Positions 1 to 9,792 of a stretch of 64,000 nt of DNA are shown here, piece by piece. The DNA is taken from contig JAODND010000045.1 of the NCBI GenBank assembly GCA_025465465.1, positions 14,098 to 78,097 of the forward strand, in the 5' to 3' direction. Positions within the stretch are counted from its first letter, which is position 1. Each line of letters opens with the position of its first letter. The DNA is from Frankiales bacterium. Its GTDB lineage: Bacteria; Actinomycetota; Actinomycetes; Mycobacteriales; SCTD01. The position numbers and the translations under genes are program-made. The notes below the pieces were generated by a model. It was not told where the DNA came from. It did no database searches and worked only from the letters and a program-made list of their open reading frames with translations.

Positions 1-267
1 GACGCCCTGGAGGGCGACGGCGATCTCGTTGGCGTCGCGCTGCTCGGTGCCCGACAGCAGGGTGTCGGCGAGCAGGTGCGCGCGGGCGACGTGCGTCGCC
101 GAACCCTTGGCCGGCGCGGCGAAGGGGATCCGGAGCCGCACCTCCGCGAGCGGCACGCCCGGTCGGCGTACCGCCAGGACGCGCAGGCCGCTGTCGAGCA
201 CCGTGTCGCTGACGGCGGGCAGGCGGACCGCCCTGGCCTTGGCCAGGGCGGGGACGGTGCGGGTCAT
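1..267 (-). CDS. M16 family peptidase, second (probably non-catalytic) subunit, 5' part only (runs off window)
   Basis: Translates MTRTVPALAKARAVRLPAVSDTVLDSGLRVLAVRRPGVPLAEVRLRIPF...LLADTLLSGT; ATGA overlap with the upstream M16 gene stop; lacks HXXEH at the equivalent position. Confidence 0.85.
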   Translation of the reverse strand, partial: MTRTVPALAKARAVRLPAVSDTVLDSGLRVLAVRRPGVPLAEVRLRIPFAAPAKGSATHVARAHLLADTLLSGTEQRDANEIAVALQGV

Positions 268-1565
268 GCAGGGCTCCCGGGACGCAGCTCGAGGACAGCG
301 CGGTTGTCGGTGCGGAGGGTGCCGGCGGCCTTCTTGACCTGCGCGGCGGTGACCTTGGCGAGCAGGCCCGGGAGCTCGTTGACGAGCTCGGCCCTGCCAC
401 GCTGCTGCTCGAACACCGCGGCGTGCGTCGCCCTGCCGAGGACGGGATCGACGTCACGGAAGTAGCGGGCGGTCATGCGCGCGACGGTGCGGTCGACCTC
501 GTCCTGGTCCAGGCCCTGCGTCGCCAGGCGCTCCAGCTCCTCATCGATGGCCCTGATCACCGTGTCGGCCTCGACGTCGGGCGCGTGGTGCACCTCGAGG
601 AGCAGCGGGGTGGGGTCCCGGGCGTCCAGCGGCTCGCCCATGATGCCGAGGTAGCCACCCACGCTGGTCGCGATCCTGTCCTTGAGCAGCAGCCGGTTCT
701 GGAGGCGGGAGGCGTCGCCGTCGGTGAGCACCTCCGTGAGCACCACGTAGGGCAGGTAGGTCGTGAGGTTCTTGGGGTCGGGGGTGCGCCACGCCAGCGC
801 CACCGCGGGAGCCGGGGCGAGCGTGTCGTGCACGACACTGCGGCGCTCCTCCGTCAGCTCGGGCTCAGCGAACGGCGCCGGCGACCCGCCCTTGCGCTTC
901 GGGATGTCCCCGAAGTGCGCCTCGACCCAGGCCATCACCTGGTCGGGGTCGACGTCGCCCGCGATCGCGAGCACGGCGTTGGCCGGCGCGTAGTAGCGGT
1001 CGAAGAACGACTGCGCGTCCTCGAGCGTCGCGGCCTCGAGGTCGACGAACGACCCGTAGCCGTCGTGGGTGTTGGCGAAGGACTCGAACAGCACGGGCGG
1101 GATCTGCAACCAGGGGAAGCCGCCGTAGGGTCGGTTCTGGACGTTGACGCGGATCTCGTTCTGGACGACCGCGACCTGGTTGTCGAGGTTCTCCTGCGTG
1201 AGCGCGACCGACCGCATCCGGTCGGCCTCGAGGAACAGCGCGAGCTCGGTCGCGGTGCTCGGGAGCACCTCGTAGTAGTTGGTGTAGTCGACGTGCGTCG
1301 AGCCGTTGAGGACGCCGCCGGCGCCCTGCACGTGGGTGAAGTGGTCGGTCTTCTTGAGGTTTGCCGAGCCCTGGAACATCAGGTGCTCGAAGAGATGCGC
1401 GAAGCCGGTGCGGCCCTCCGGCTCGGACCGCATGCCCACGTCGTAGTAGACGGCGACGGCGACGACGGGACTGGTCGGGTCCGGCAGGATCACGACCCGC
1501 AGCCCGTTGCTGAGGCGACCGCGTGAGATCGCATAGGACAGATTCCGGGTGGTGACGGTCGACAC
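264..1565 (-). CDS. M16 (pitrilysin/insulinase) zinc peptidase, catalytic subunit
   Basis: LSNGLRVVI, GFAHLFEHLMFQGS (HXXEH), NGST, YYAPANAVLAIAGD; GTG start at 1565 preceded by a TAGCGT -10. Confidence 0.93.
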   Translation of the reverse strand: MSTVTTRNLSYAISRGRLSNGLRVVILPDPTSPVVAVAVYYDVGMRSEPEGRTGFAHLFEHLMFQGSANLKKTDHFTHVQGAGGVLNGSTHVDYTNYYEVLPSTATELALFLEADRMRSVALTQENLDNQVAVVQNEIRVNVQNRPYGGFPWLQIPPVLFESFANTHDGYGSFVDLEAATLEDAQSFFDRYYAPANAVLAIAGDVDPDQVMAWVEAHFGDIPKRKGGSPAPFAEPELTEERRSVVHDTLAPAPAVALAWRTPDPKNLTTYLPYVVLTEVLTDGDASRLQNRLLLKDRIATSVGGYLGIMGEPLDARDPTPLLLEVHHAPDVEADTVIRAIDEELERLATQGLDQDEVDRTVARMTARYFRDVDPVLGRATHAAVFEQQRGRAELVNELPGLLAKVTAAQVKKAAGTLRTDNRAVLELRPGSPA

Positions 1566-1657
1566 CCGCACGACGCTAGTGCCTGTGGACGGCTGCCCGT
1601 GGCGGTTGGTCCTGGAAACGTGGACACCTCCCGGCGGAGAGGCGCACGATGCGGGCC

Positions 1658-1895
1658 ATGAGCGGTGGGATCGACCGCGAGAAGCGCTACACGATGGCCG
1701 ATCTCGCAGACCTCCCCGGAGGACGGGCGACGCGACGAGCTGGCCGACGGATAGCTCCTCGTGAGCCCCTCGGCACGGCGGTTGCACCAGATCGGATGCA
1801 AGGAGATCGGCCGGGCACTCGACATGGCTTGTCCGGAAGACCTGTACGTCTTTGGACTGCCCATCAACGTCGACGACCCCGAGGCCACCCTCTGA
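1658..1895 (+). pseudogene. Degraded Uma2/DUF820 family endonuclease fragment
   Basis: YTMADLADLP/EDGRRDELADG*LLVSPSARRLHQ after removing one C at 1714-1717; in-frame TAG at 1752-1754; truncated at TGA 1893-1895. Confidence 0.75.
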
Positions 1896-1935
1896 TCAGG
1901 TCTGCCGCGCGGGCCTGCGGGATACGTTGCCTGGC

Positions 1936-4185
1936 GTGACACAGCCGTATGAGGGGTTCGAGGGAAAGGTCGGGCGCACGGTCGCCGGGTCGGAGTCGTG
2001 GTGGCCGCCTCGGGCATCGGCCGCCGGCAAGCCGAACGTGGTGGTGGTGCTCTGCGACGACCTCGGGTTCGCCGACCTGGGCTGCTACGGCTCGGAGATC
2101 GCCACGCCTCATCTGGACGCGCTGGCCGCCCGCGGCCTGCGGTACACGAACTTCCACGTGACCCCCATGTGCTCCCCGACGCGGGCCGCCCTGCTGACCG
2201 GCATCAACCCGCATGCCGTCGGCGTCGGTCACGTGGCTCACTCGGACCCCGGCTTTCCCGGCTATGCGATGGAGCTGTCGGACAACGTCGCGACCTCGGC
2301 CGAGATCCTTCGCAACGCCGGCTGGGCGACGCTGATGGTCGGCAAGTGGCACCTCGCGAAGGACAGCGACTGCAGCGATGCCGGCCCACGGCACTCCTGG
2401 CCGTGCCAGCGCGGCTTCGAGCGGTTCTATGGCTTTCTCGACGGGTTCACCAACCTGCACCAGCCGCACCGGCTGCTCCAGGACAACTCCCCTGTCGTCG
2501 TCGACGAGTACCCGCCGGACTTCTACCTGACCGACTCCCTCACGGACCGGGCCATCGAGATGGTGCAGTCGGTCAAGGCGTCGGACCCGTCCAAACCGTT
2601 CTTCCTGTACTTCGCACACGGCGCCGTGCATGCGCCTCTGCATGCCAAGGCCACCGACATCGCCCGCTATGAAGGGCGCTATGCCGACGGCTGGGACGCC
2701 TTGCGCGCCGAGCGCTTCGCCCGCCAGAAGGCGATGGGGGTGGTGCCGGAGGGCACCGTGCTGCCACCGCGCAACAGCGAGCCGGGCAATGACGTCGTGC
2801 CCTGGGATTCGCTGCCCCCCGAGCAGCAGGAGCTGTTTGCGAAGTACATGGCGGTGTATGCCGGCATGGTCGACAACATCGACCAGCAGCTCGGCCGGCT
2901 CATGACGGCGCTCGAGGCGATGGGTGAGCTCGACAACACCATCGTGCTGTTCACCAGCGACAACGGCGCGTCCCGCGAAGGTGAGGCGGAGGGCACGACG
3001 GCGTACTACCAGCACCTGCTCGGCGCGACCGACCTCGAGGCGGACCTCGCGCGGCTGCCCGAGATCGGCGGACCGACGACCACGCCCCACTACCCGCGCG
3101 GGTGGGCGATGGCGTCGGGCACGCCGTTCCGGCTCTACAAGATCAACACCCACCAGGGCGGGCACAGCGTCCCGATGCTGCTGGCCGGGCCCGGCGTCCC
3201 CGCCGACGGCTTCCGGCGTCAGTTCGCGCACGTGACCGACGTGCTGCCCACGTTGCTCGACCTGCTCGACCTACCAGCTCCGACGGAGCGCAACGGCAAG
3301 CCGCTGAAGCCGATGGCGGGCACGTCGTTCGCAGCAACGCTGGCGGACGGACCCACGGGTCACCGTGAGCAGCACTACGAGATGGTCGGGCACCGCGGCT
3401 TCTACCGCGACGGTTGGGAGGCAGTCACGCTGCACCAGCCGTTCACGCCGTTCACGGATGCGGAGTGGGAGCTCTACGACCTCGCGAACGACCCGACGGA
3501 GACGACGGACGTCGCGGACCAGCACCCGGAGAAGCTGCGGGAGCTGGCCGATGCGTGGGAGCAGGCCGCCCGGGACAACCAGGTCTACCCGCTGGACGAG
3601 GGCACGGGGCTGAAGTTCATGCTGCGGCCGGAGCGCTCCGCTGTCTTCTCCGAGACCGTGACCATCCTGCCGGGCACGCCGACGCTCGAGCGATGGCGCT
3701 GCCAGCAGCTCGTGGCCAACCGGTCGTTCACGGTGACGGTCCGGCTGGCCTCGCCCGGCTCCGGGGTGCTCGTGGCCCACGGCGACCAGGGCGGCGGCTA
3801 CTGCCTCTCCGTCGAGGACGGCGCCCTGGTGCTCGCCCACAATGACGGCCGTGGTCGGGTGCGCTCGTGCTCAGGTCCGGCCGGTTCGCCGTCGGTCGTG
3901 GAGGCACGCTTCGTCGCGCCGGGCGGCGGCACGTGGTCGGCATCGCTGCACGCCGACGGCACCGAGGTCGCTTCCATCGCAGGTCTGCCGCTGCTCTTCC
4001 CGATGGCACCGTTCCAGGGCATCGACGTCGGCGCCGACCGCGGCTCGCCGGTGGTGTGGGGGCGGGGATCGTTCGCCTACGACGGACAGCTCACGTCCGT
4101 CACCTATGCACCGGGCGACCACGCGCCTGACTCCCCCGCGATGCTGGTCGACGTGCTTCGTCAGCTCGGCCTGAAGTACGAGTGA
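1936..4185 (+). CDS. Arylsulfatase (Cys-type, formylglycine-dependent)
   Basis: PNVVVVLCDDLG, CSPTRAALLTG, GKWHL, SDNG motifs; GTG 1936 preceded by TACGTT. Confidence 0.95.
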   Translation: MTQPYEGFEGKVGRTVAGSESWWPPRASAAGKPNVVVVLCDDLGFADLGCYGSEIATPHLDALAARGLRYTNFHVTPMCSPTRAALLTGINPHAVGVGHVAHSDPGFPGYAMELSDNVATSAEILRNAGWATLMVGKWHLAKDSDCSDAGPRHSWPCQRGFERFYGFLDGFTNLHQPHRLLQDNSPVVVDEYPPDFYLTDSLTDRAIEMVQSVKASDPSKPFFLYFAHGAVHAPLHAKATDIARYEGRYADGWDALRAERFARQKAMGVVPEGTVLPPRNSEPGNDVVPWDSLPPEQQELFAKYMAVYAGMVDNIDQQLGRLMTALEAMGELDNTIVLFTSDNGASREGEAEGTTAYYQHLLGATDLEADLARLPEIGGPTTTPHYPRGWAMASGTPFRLYKINTHQGGHSVPMLLAGPGVPADGFRRQFAHVTDVLPTLLDLLDLPAPTERNGKPLKPMAGTSFAATLADGPTGHREQHYEMVGHRGFYRDGWEAVTLHQPFTPFTDAEWELYDLANDPTETTDVADQHPEKLRELADAWEQAARDNQVYPLDEGTGLKFMLRPERSAVFSETVTILPGTPTLERWRCQQLVANRSFTVTVRLASPGSGVLVAHGDQGGGYCLSVEDGALVLAHNDGRGRVRSCSGPAGSPSVVEARFVAPGGGTWSASLHADGTEVASIAGLPLLFPMAPFQGIDVGADRGSPVVWGRGSFAYDGQLTSVTYAPGDHAPDSPAMLVDVLRQLGLKYE

Positions 4186-4228
4186 ACACCGCTCCGGGTC
4201 GCAGCTTCGTGATGGGCTCCGACCGCCA

Positions 4229-4729
4229 CTAGTCTCCGGTCGCGCCGTCGATCCGCTCGCGGAGGAGGTCGGCGTGGCCGTTGTGCCGGGCGTACTCCTC
4301 GATGAGGTGCACGAGCACCCAGCGCAACGAGACCTCCTCACCCCGTCGGTGTCCGACGTCGTCCAGCGAGGCATGCGCCTCCAGCACGTCGTCGCCATGG
4401 GCGCACTCGGCCTCCCAGGCGGCGAAGGCCTCCTCGATGGACGCCTCGTCGACGCCGTCGAACTCGCCGTCCGGATGGCTGTCGTCGTAGAACAGGCCGG
4501 CCACGGTCTGCTCCTCCATCGTCCGGCGCCACCAGCTGCGCTCGACGTCGGCGCAGTGCCGAACCAGGCCGAGGAGCGAGAGCGAGGACGGCGGTACGGA
4601 GCGGATCCGCAGCTGGTCGTCGGTGAGTCCCTCGCACTTCAGGCGGAGGGTGTCGCGGTGGTAGACGAGCCAGGAGACGAGCATCGCCCGCTCGTCTCCG
4701 AGGAAGGGCGGATCCACACGATCGGTCAT
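4229..4729 (-). CDS. DinB/DUF664 family protein
   Basis: KCEGLTDDQLR, SLLGLVRHCADVE, LRWVLVHLIEEYARHNGHADLLRERIDG. Confidence 0.92.
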   Translation of the reverse strand: MTDRVDPPFLGDERAMLVSWLVYHRDTLRLKCEGLTDDQLRIRSVPPSSLSLLGLVRHCADVERSWWRRTMEEQTVAGLFYDDSHPDGEFDGVDEASIEEAFAAWEAECAHGDDVLEAHASLDDVGHRRGEEVSLRWVLVHLIEEYARHNGHADLLRERIDGATGD

Positions 4730-4754
4730 GTCATCGATCTTGCCCCACGTCGCC

Positions 4755-5489
4755 TCAACCGGTCGTCGCGTCCAGCTGCTCGGCCATCGCCACGAGCTGG
4801 TCGGTGGAGTAGAGCGGCTCTGCCGAGCCGACCGTCCCACGGCCCAGCGCACGCTTCTGCTCCGGAGTCGCGACGATGAGCCCGTCGGGGACGTCGGGGA
4901 GGACGGCGTTGTCGTCGCTGACGTTCACGCCGTAGCCGTTCGCGTGCACGATGACGACTTGGATGTCGTTGATCGGGTCCGTGTGCGAGACGGTCCGGAC
5001 GATGAGCCGCGTGTCGGCGTCGAGCATGGTCTCCGTGCAGCTCGTCGCCCTCGCCACGAACTCCGCGTCGGAGCAGGGGTGCAGCTGGAGCTGGCCATTG
5101 CTGCGGAACATGCCGAGCCGACCCGGGCCGTGCACGCCGTCATCGACGTCGGCCCAGAACCCGTCGCCGTCGACCTTCGCCTTGCTGATGGTCCAGCCGT
5201 CGGGAGTGTGTGCCCGAGCCACCGCGTAGTAGGGGTTGTCGAGCTCACCGCTGTCCGCGTTCGCCGCGGCCGTCGGCGTGCCGGCGAACCCCACGGTCGC
5301 GGGTGCGGTCCCCGGGGCGGCCAGCACGAGCGTGCCGACGGCGACCGAGGCCGCGACGGCTGCGGTGCCGACGACCGTGACGGCACGGCCACGGCGACGG
5401 CGGCGGCCCGCTGCCATCGCCTCGTCGGGACGGAGGACGAAAGGCGGCTCGTCGGCGACGAGGTCGCGCAGGGTGTCGTGGACGTTCAC
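4755..5489 (-). CDS. Putative anti-sigma factor / single-pass membrane protein
   Basis: N-terminal [15 protein letters not shown] followed by a TM helix; overlaps the ECF sigma stop codon (GTGA). Confidence 0.7.
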   Translation of the reverse strand: MNVHDTLRDLVADEPPFVLRPDEAMAAGRRRRRGRAVTVVGTAAVAASVAVGTLVLAAPGTAPATVGFAGTPTAAANADSGELDNPYYAVARAHTPDGWTISKAKVDGDGFWADVDDGVHGPGRLGMFRSNGQLQLHPCSDAEFVARATSCTETMLDADTRLIVRTVSHTDPINDIQVVIVHANGYGVNVSDDNAVLPDVPDGLIVATPEQKRALGRGTVGSAEPLYSTDQLVAMAEQLDATTG

Positions 5490-5959
5490 AGCAGCTCCTT
5501 GGTGGGGACGATCTCGCGCAGCGCATCGAGGCCGCGGGACGTCTGGCTCTTGACGGTGTTCTCGTTGATCCCCAGCGCTCGGGCGGTGTCGGCGACGCTG
5601 AGGTCGTCGAAGAACCGGAGCACGAGGCAGGCACGCTGTCGGGGCGGGACGCGCAGCAGCGCTGCCTTCAGCAGCTCCCTGTCCTCAAAGCTCGAGCCCG
5701 GGGAGATCGGTCCGTCCGGGAGGTCGGCAGAGGGCCGCTCCCGGCGGTGCGGCTTGCGGGTCTCGTCGATCCAGGACCGCACCAGGACCTGCCGCAGGTA
5801 GGGCTCCGGGCGGTCGACCCGACGCCACGCGGCGTACAGCTTGGCGAACGACACCTGGACGAGGTCCTCGGCCTGGTGCCAGTCGCCGCAGAGCAGGAAG
5901 GCCGTACGACGAAGAGCCGCCGCTCGCGCGACGTAGAGCTCCCTGAAGTCGTCCTCCAC
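5486..5959 (-). CDS. ECF RNA polymerase sigma factor (SigE family)
   Basis: LRRTAFLLCGDWHQAEDLVQ, LRVPPRQRACLVLRFFDDLSVADTARALGINENTVKSQTSRGL; start GTG 5959 (TTG 5968 is an alternative). Confidence 0.92.
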   Translation of the reverse strand: MEDDFRELYVARAAALRRTAFLLCGDWHQAEDLVQVSFAKLYAAWRRVDRPEPYLRQVLVRSWIDETRKPHRRERPSADLPDGPISPGSSFEDRELLKAALLRVPPRQRACLVLRFFDDLSVADTARALGINENTVKSQTSRGLDALREIVPTKELL

Positions 5960-5968
5960 GTCCTTCAA

Positions 5969-5996
5969 GACGGAGCGGGACCCCCGGGAGGTTGCA
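5969..5996 (-). promoter_or_regulatory. Putative autoregulatory ECF promoter (TGCAACC-N17-CGTC)
   Basis: Minus strand reads tgcaacc tcccgggggtcccgctc cgtc ttgaaggac GTG, resembling the AAC...CGTC consensus of SigE-type ECFs. Confidence 0.5.
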
Positions 5997-5999
5997 CGG

Positions 6000-7589
6000 T
6001 CAGCGCGGAGCTGCCCGTTCGATGATCTCGGCGAAGGCCGTGCCGCGCGGGAGCGTCCCGAAGGCGGAGCCCCAGTCACCCTCGATCCGCGAGGCGAGGA
6101 AGGCGTCGGAGACCGACGACGGCGCATAGCGCACCAGCAGGGAGGCCTGCAGGGTCATGGCAAGTCGCTCGACCAGTCGGCGGGCACTCACCTCGTCGGC
6201 CTCGCCGAGGTCCTTGGACAGGTCGCTCACCGCGGCGGTGATGCGGGCGTCGTCGGCCAGCTCGACCTCGGCGAAGAACGCCTCCACCGACTCGGGCTCC
6301 CGGGCCATCGCGCGCAGCACATCGAGGGCGTTGACGTTGCCGCTGCCCTCCCAGACCGAGTTGAGCGGGGCCTCGCGATAGAGCCGCGGCATGCCGGACT
6401 CCTCGACATAGCCGTTGCCGCCCAGGCACTCCAGGGCCTCACCGGCATAGACCGGGCAGCGCTTGGTCACCCAGTACTTCCCCACCGCGACGGCCAGCCG
6501 CTTGAAGGCCGCCTCGTCGCGGTCGACCGCGCCGGCGAGCCGGAGCATGAGGGTGGTCGCGGCCTCCGACTCGAGCGCGAGGTCGGCGAGGACGTTCTGC
6601 ATCGCGGGCTTGTCGACGAGCAGTCCGCCGAACGCGCTGCGGTGCTTCGCGTGGTGGATCGCCTGCGACAGCGCCTGCCGCATCAGGGCAGCGCTCCCGA
6701 TGACGCAGTCGAGTCGGGTCATGCCGACCATCTCGATGATGGTGCGGACCCCGCGACCCTCCTCGCCGACGAGCCAGCCGACGGTGTTGTCGAACTCGGG
6801 CTCGGAGCTGGCGTTGGAGCGGTTGCCGAGCTTGTCCTTGAGGCGCTGGATCCGGAACGTGTTGCGAGAGCCGTCCGGCAGGACCCGCGGCACGAGGAAG
6901 CAGGACAGGCCGCCCGGCGCCTGGGCGAGGACGAGGAACAGGTCGCACATGGGGGCGCTCGTGAACCACTTGTGGCCCGTGAGTCGCCACGTGTCGCCGT
7001 CGGGCACCGCTGAGGTCGTGTTGGCCCGGACGTCGGAGCCGCCCTGCTTCTCGGTCATCCCCATGCCGGCGAGCAGTCCGGCCTTCGACGTCGGGACGCG
7101 CAGTCCCGGGTCGTAGGTCCGGGACTGCAGCAGGGGCTCGTACACCGCAGCCAGGTCGGGCTGCATCCGCAGCGCCGGGACGACGGCCGCCGTCATCGAG
7201 ATCGGACAGCCGTGGCCGCCCTCGACCTGCGACCAGGTGTAGAAGCCGGCGGCCCGCGCCACGTGAGCACCCGGTGCGCCGCTCCACGGAGCCGCCAGGC
7301 CCTCGCCCACCGCGACCTCCATGAGCTGGTGCCAGGCCGGGTGGAACTCGACCTCGTCGATCCGGTGGCCGTAGCGGTCGTGCGTGACGAGGACCGGCTC
7401 GTTCACGTTCGCCTGGACGCCCCAGGCCTGCGCCTGCGCCGTACCCGCCCGTCGGCCGAGGCGGTGGAGGTCCTCGGCATACCAGCCGGCACCCTCGCGC
7501 TCGAGGCCGCTGAGCAGCGCCACGTCCTGCGCCACGTCGTGACCCACGAGCGGCGGAGCCTGGTTGGTGACATCGTGCGTGACTGTCAT
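6000..7589 (-). CDS. aidB: AidB-like acyl-CoA dehydrogenase family protein
   Basis: THDVTNQAPPL start, GHGCPISMT, GMGMTEKQGGSDVRANTT, GHKWFTSAPMCD, KDKLGNRSNASSE, REAPLNSVWEGSGNV. Confidence 0.9.
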   Translation of the reverse strand: MTVTHDVTNQAPPLVGHDVAQDVALLSGLEREGAGWYAEDLHRLGRRAGTAQAQAWGVQANVNEPVLVTHDRYGHRIDEVEFHPAWHQLMEVAVGEGLAAPWSGAPGAHVARAAGFYTWSQVEGGHGCPISMTAAVVPALRMQPDLAAVYEPLLQSRTYDPGLRVPTSKAGLLAGMGMTEKQGGSDVRANTTSAVPDGDTWRLTGHKWFTSAPMCDLFLVLAQAPGGLSCFLVPRVLPDGSRNTFRIQRLKDKLGNRSNASSEPEFDNTVGWLVGEEGRGVRTIIEMVGMTRLDCVIGSAALMRQALSQAIHHAKHRSAFGGLLVDKPAMQNVLADLALESEAATTLMLRLAGAVDRDEAAFKRLAVAVGKYWVTKRCPVYAGEALECLGGNGYVEESGMPRLYREAPLNSVWEGSGNVNALDVLRAMAREPESVEAFFAEVELADDARITAAVSDLSKDLGEADEVSARRLVERLAMTLQASLLVRYAPSSVSDAFLASRIEGDWGSAFGTLPRGTAFAEIIERAAPR

Positions 7590-7596
7590 CGCACCA

Positions 7597-8943
7597 TCAT
7601 CCACGCTGACCGTCGGTTGCCGCGAGCCCCTGCAGCAGCAGGGCCTCCGCCAGGCACGCCTTCTGCCACATCGACAGGTCGAGGCTCTCGTCGATCCCGT
7701 GCCAGCGCGAGGCCGGGTCACCGACACCGGTGACGAGCACGGTCGCCCCCGGGTAGGTCCGCGCAAACTCCGCGATGAACGGGATCGACCCGCCGATGCC
7801 GCTCTCCACGGCCGTGTTGCCGTAGGCCTCGCCGAAGGCCTGCCGCGCCAGGTCGTAGACCGCGCCGGTCGTCTCCAGGGCAAACGGGTCGCCCGCACTG
7901 CCCTCGGTCACGCTGAGCTCGGCACCCCACTCGACCCGCGACTCGAGGTGCTGCGTCAGCGCCTTCATCGCCGAGGAGGCGTCGTCGCCGGGGGCGATCC
8001 GGAGGCTGACCTTTGCCCGCGCCCTGGGGAGGAGCACGTTCGAGGCCTGGGCGGTCGAGGGCGCGTCGATGCCGAGCACCGAGACAGCGGGCTTGTCCCA
8101 CAGCCGGTCGACGATCGAGCCGCAGCCCAGCAGCTGGGCCGCCGGGATCAGGGTCGTGTCCGCGCGGTAGACCGCCTCGTCGATGTCCGGGGCGCTCGAG
8201 CTTCCGACGTGCAGGCCCTCGATCGCGACGTCGCCGTCCTCGTCGTGCAACGTCGCGAGCAGCCGGCACAGGACGGTGAGGGCGTCACCCGCCGGCCCAC
8301 CGAACATGCCCGAGTGCACCGGGCGCTCCAGGAGCCGGACCTCGACATAGACGTCGACGAGCCCGCGGAGGCTGGTGGTGAAAGCGGGTACGTCGACGGC
8401 GGCGTTGGCCGAGTCCGCGATCACGATCACGTCGGACCGCAGCGCGTCCCTGTGCTCCGCGAGCAGCCGGGTCAGGGTCGGCGAGCCGATCTCCTCCTCG
8501 CCCTCGATGAACAGCACGACGCCGACCGGCGGTGTCCCGCCGAAGGCCCGCAGCACCGCCAGGTGCAGCATGACGCCCGCCTTGTCGTCGGCGGCACCTC
8601 GGCCGAACAGCCGGCCGTCGCGCCGGGTCGGCTCGAACGGCGGGCTCGTCCACTCCTCCAGCGGTCCGGTCGGCTGCACGTCGGCGTGCGCATAGAGCAG
8701 CACCGTCGGCGTGCCCGCTGGCGCCGGCCAGTGCGCGATGAGCGCGGGATGCCCGCCGGCCGCCACGACGTCGAGGCTCCCAGCACCTGCGGCGCGGGCG
8801 AGCTCGGCGACCCGGTCGATCGCCGCCCGGACGTCGCCCTCGTGCTCCGGCTCGGAGCTGATCGACGGGATCCGGGCGAGCGCCTCGAGGTCGGCGAGGC
8901 AGCCGTCGTGGACGTCTGCGAGGGCGGCGCGCAGGTCGGTCAT
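7597..8943 (-). CDS. M20 family dipeptidase
   Basis: LLYAHADVQP, GRGAADDKAG, EGEEEIGS, HSG, GGSIP, HGIDES. Confidence 0.93.
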   Translation of the reverse strand: MTDLRAALADVHDGCLADLEALARIPSISSEPEHEGDVRAAIDRVAELARAAGAGSLDVVAAGGHPALIAHWPAPAGTPTVLLYAHADVQPTGPLEEWTSPPFEPTRRDGRLFGRGAADDKAGVMLHLAVLRAFGGTPPVGVVLFIEGEEEIGSPTLTRLLAEHRDALRSDVIVIADSANAAVDVPAFTTSLRGLVDVYVEVRLLERPVHSGMFGGPAGDALTVLCRLLATLHDEDGDVAIEGLHVGSSSAPDIDEAVYRADTTLIPAAQLLGCGSIVDRLWDKPAVSVLGIDAPSTAQASNVLLPRARAKVSLRIAPGDDASSAMKALTQHLESRVEWGAELSVTEGSAGDPFALETTGAVYDLARQAFGEAYGNTAVESGIGGSIPFIAEFARTYPGATVLVTGVGDPASRWHGIDESLDLSMWQKACLAEALLLQGLAATDGQRG

Positions 8944-8976
8944 GCCTCCCACCGTAAGACCTGAGAGGGTCCTGCC

Positions 8977-9792
8977 ATGGAGCTCAGCGCGCGGGGTCTG
9001 GTCTTCGACGTCGACGTCACCGGTCCGGAGGACGCTCCTGCCGTCCTGTTGCTGCACGGCTTCCCGCAGACCGCGCACAGCTGGCGGCACGTCGTGCCGC
9101 ACCTCCGGGGGTATCGGACGATCGCCCCCGACCAGCGCGGCTACTCCCCCGGTGCCCGGCCGGCCGAGGTCGAGGCCTATCGCGTGCCGGAGCTCGCCCA
9201 GGACGCCCTCGCGATCCTCGACGCGCTCGGCATCGGAAAGGCGCACGTGGTCGGCCACGACTGGGGTGCCGCGGTCGCCTGGCAGCTCGGCTCCCGGCAC
9301 CCGGAGCGGCTCCGGACCCTGAGCATCGTGTCCGTCCCGCACCCGCGGGCCTTCATCGAGGCGCTCCACACCGACGACGACCAACGCCGGAAGTCGCTCT
9401 ACATGCGCGACTTCGCGCGACCCGGCTATGCCGACGAGCTGCTGGCCGACGGTGCTGCCGGCCTGCGCGGCCTGTTCGGCGGCCTACCCGAGGTCGACGT
9501 CGACCACGTCGTCGCCAGGGCCCAGCAGCCGGGAGCGCTCGCGGCCTGGCTGCGCTGGTATGCCGCGCAGCGGCTCGAGGACATCGCCGACACGCCGGCT
9601 GTCGCCGTACCGACCCTGTATGTCTGGTCCGACGGCGACGTGGCGCTCGGACGCGCCGCCGCGGAGGGGACGGCTGCGTGGGTGACAGGTCCCTACCGCT
9701 TCGAGGTCCTGGAGGGCGTCTCCCACTGGGTCCCCGAGCAGGCAGCCGGCCCACTGGGCCGGCTGCTCAACGAACACCTCCAGGACCGGTGA
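8977..9792 (+). CDS. Alpha/beta hydrolase (epoxide hydrolase-like)
   Basis: LLLHGFP, PDQRGYS, VGHDWGA nucleophile Asp, SHWVPE. Confidence 0.92.
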   Translation: MELSARGLVFDVDVTGPEDAPAVLLLHGFPQTAHSWRHVVPHLRGYRTIAPDQRGYSPGARPAEVEAYRVPELAQDALAILDALGIGKAHVVGHDWGAAVAWQLGSRHPERLRTLSIVSVPHPRAFIEALHTDDDQRRKSLYMRDFARPGYADELLADGAAGLRGLFGGLPEVDVDHVVARAQQPGALAAWLRWYAAQRLEDIADTPAVAVPTLYVWSDGDVALGRAAAEGTAAWVTGPYRFEVLEGVSHWVPEQAAGPLGRLLNEHLQDR

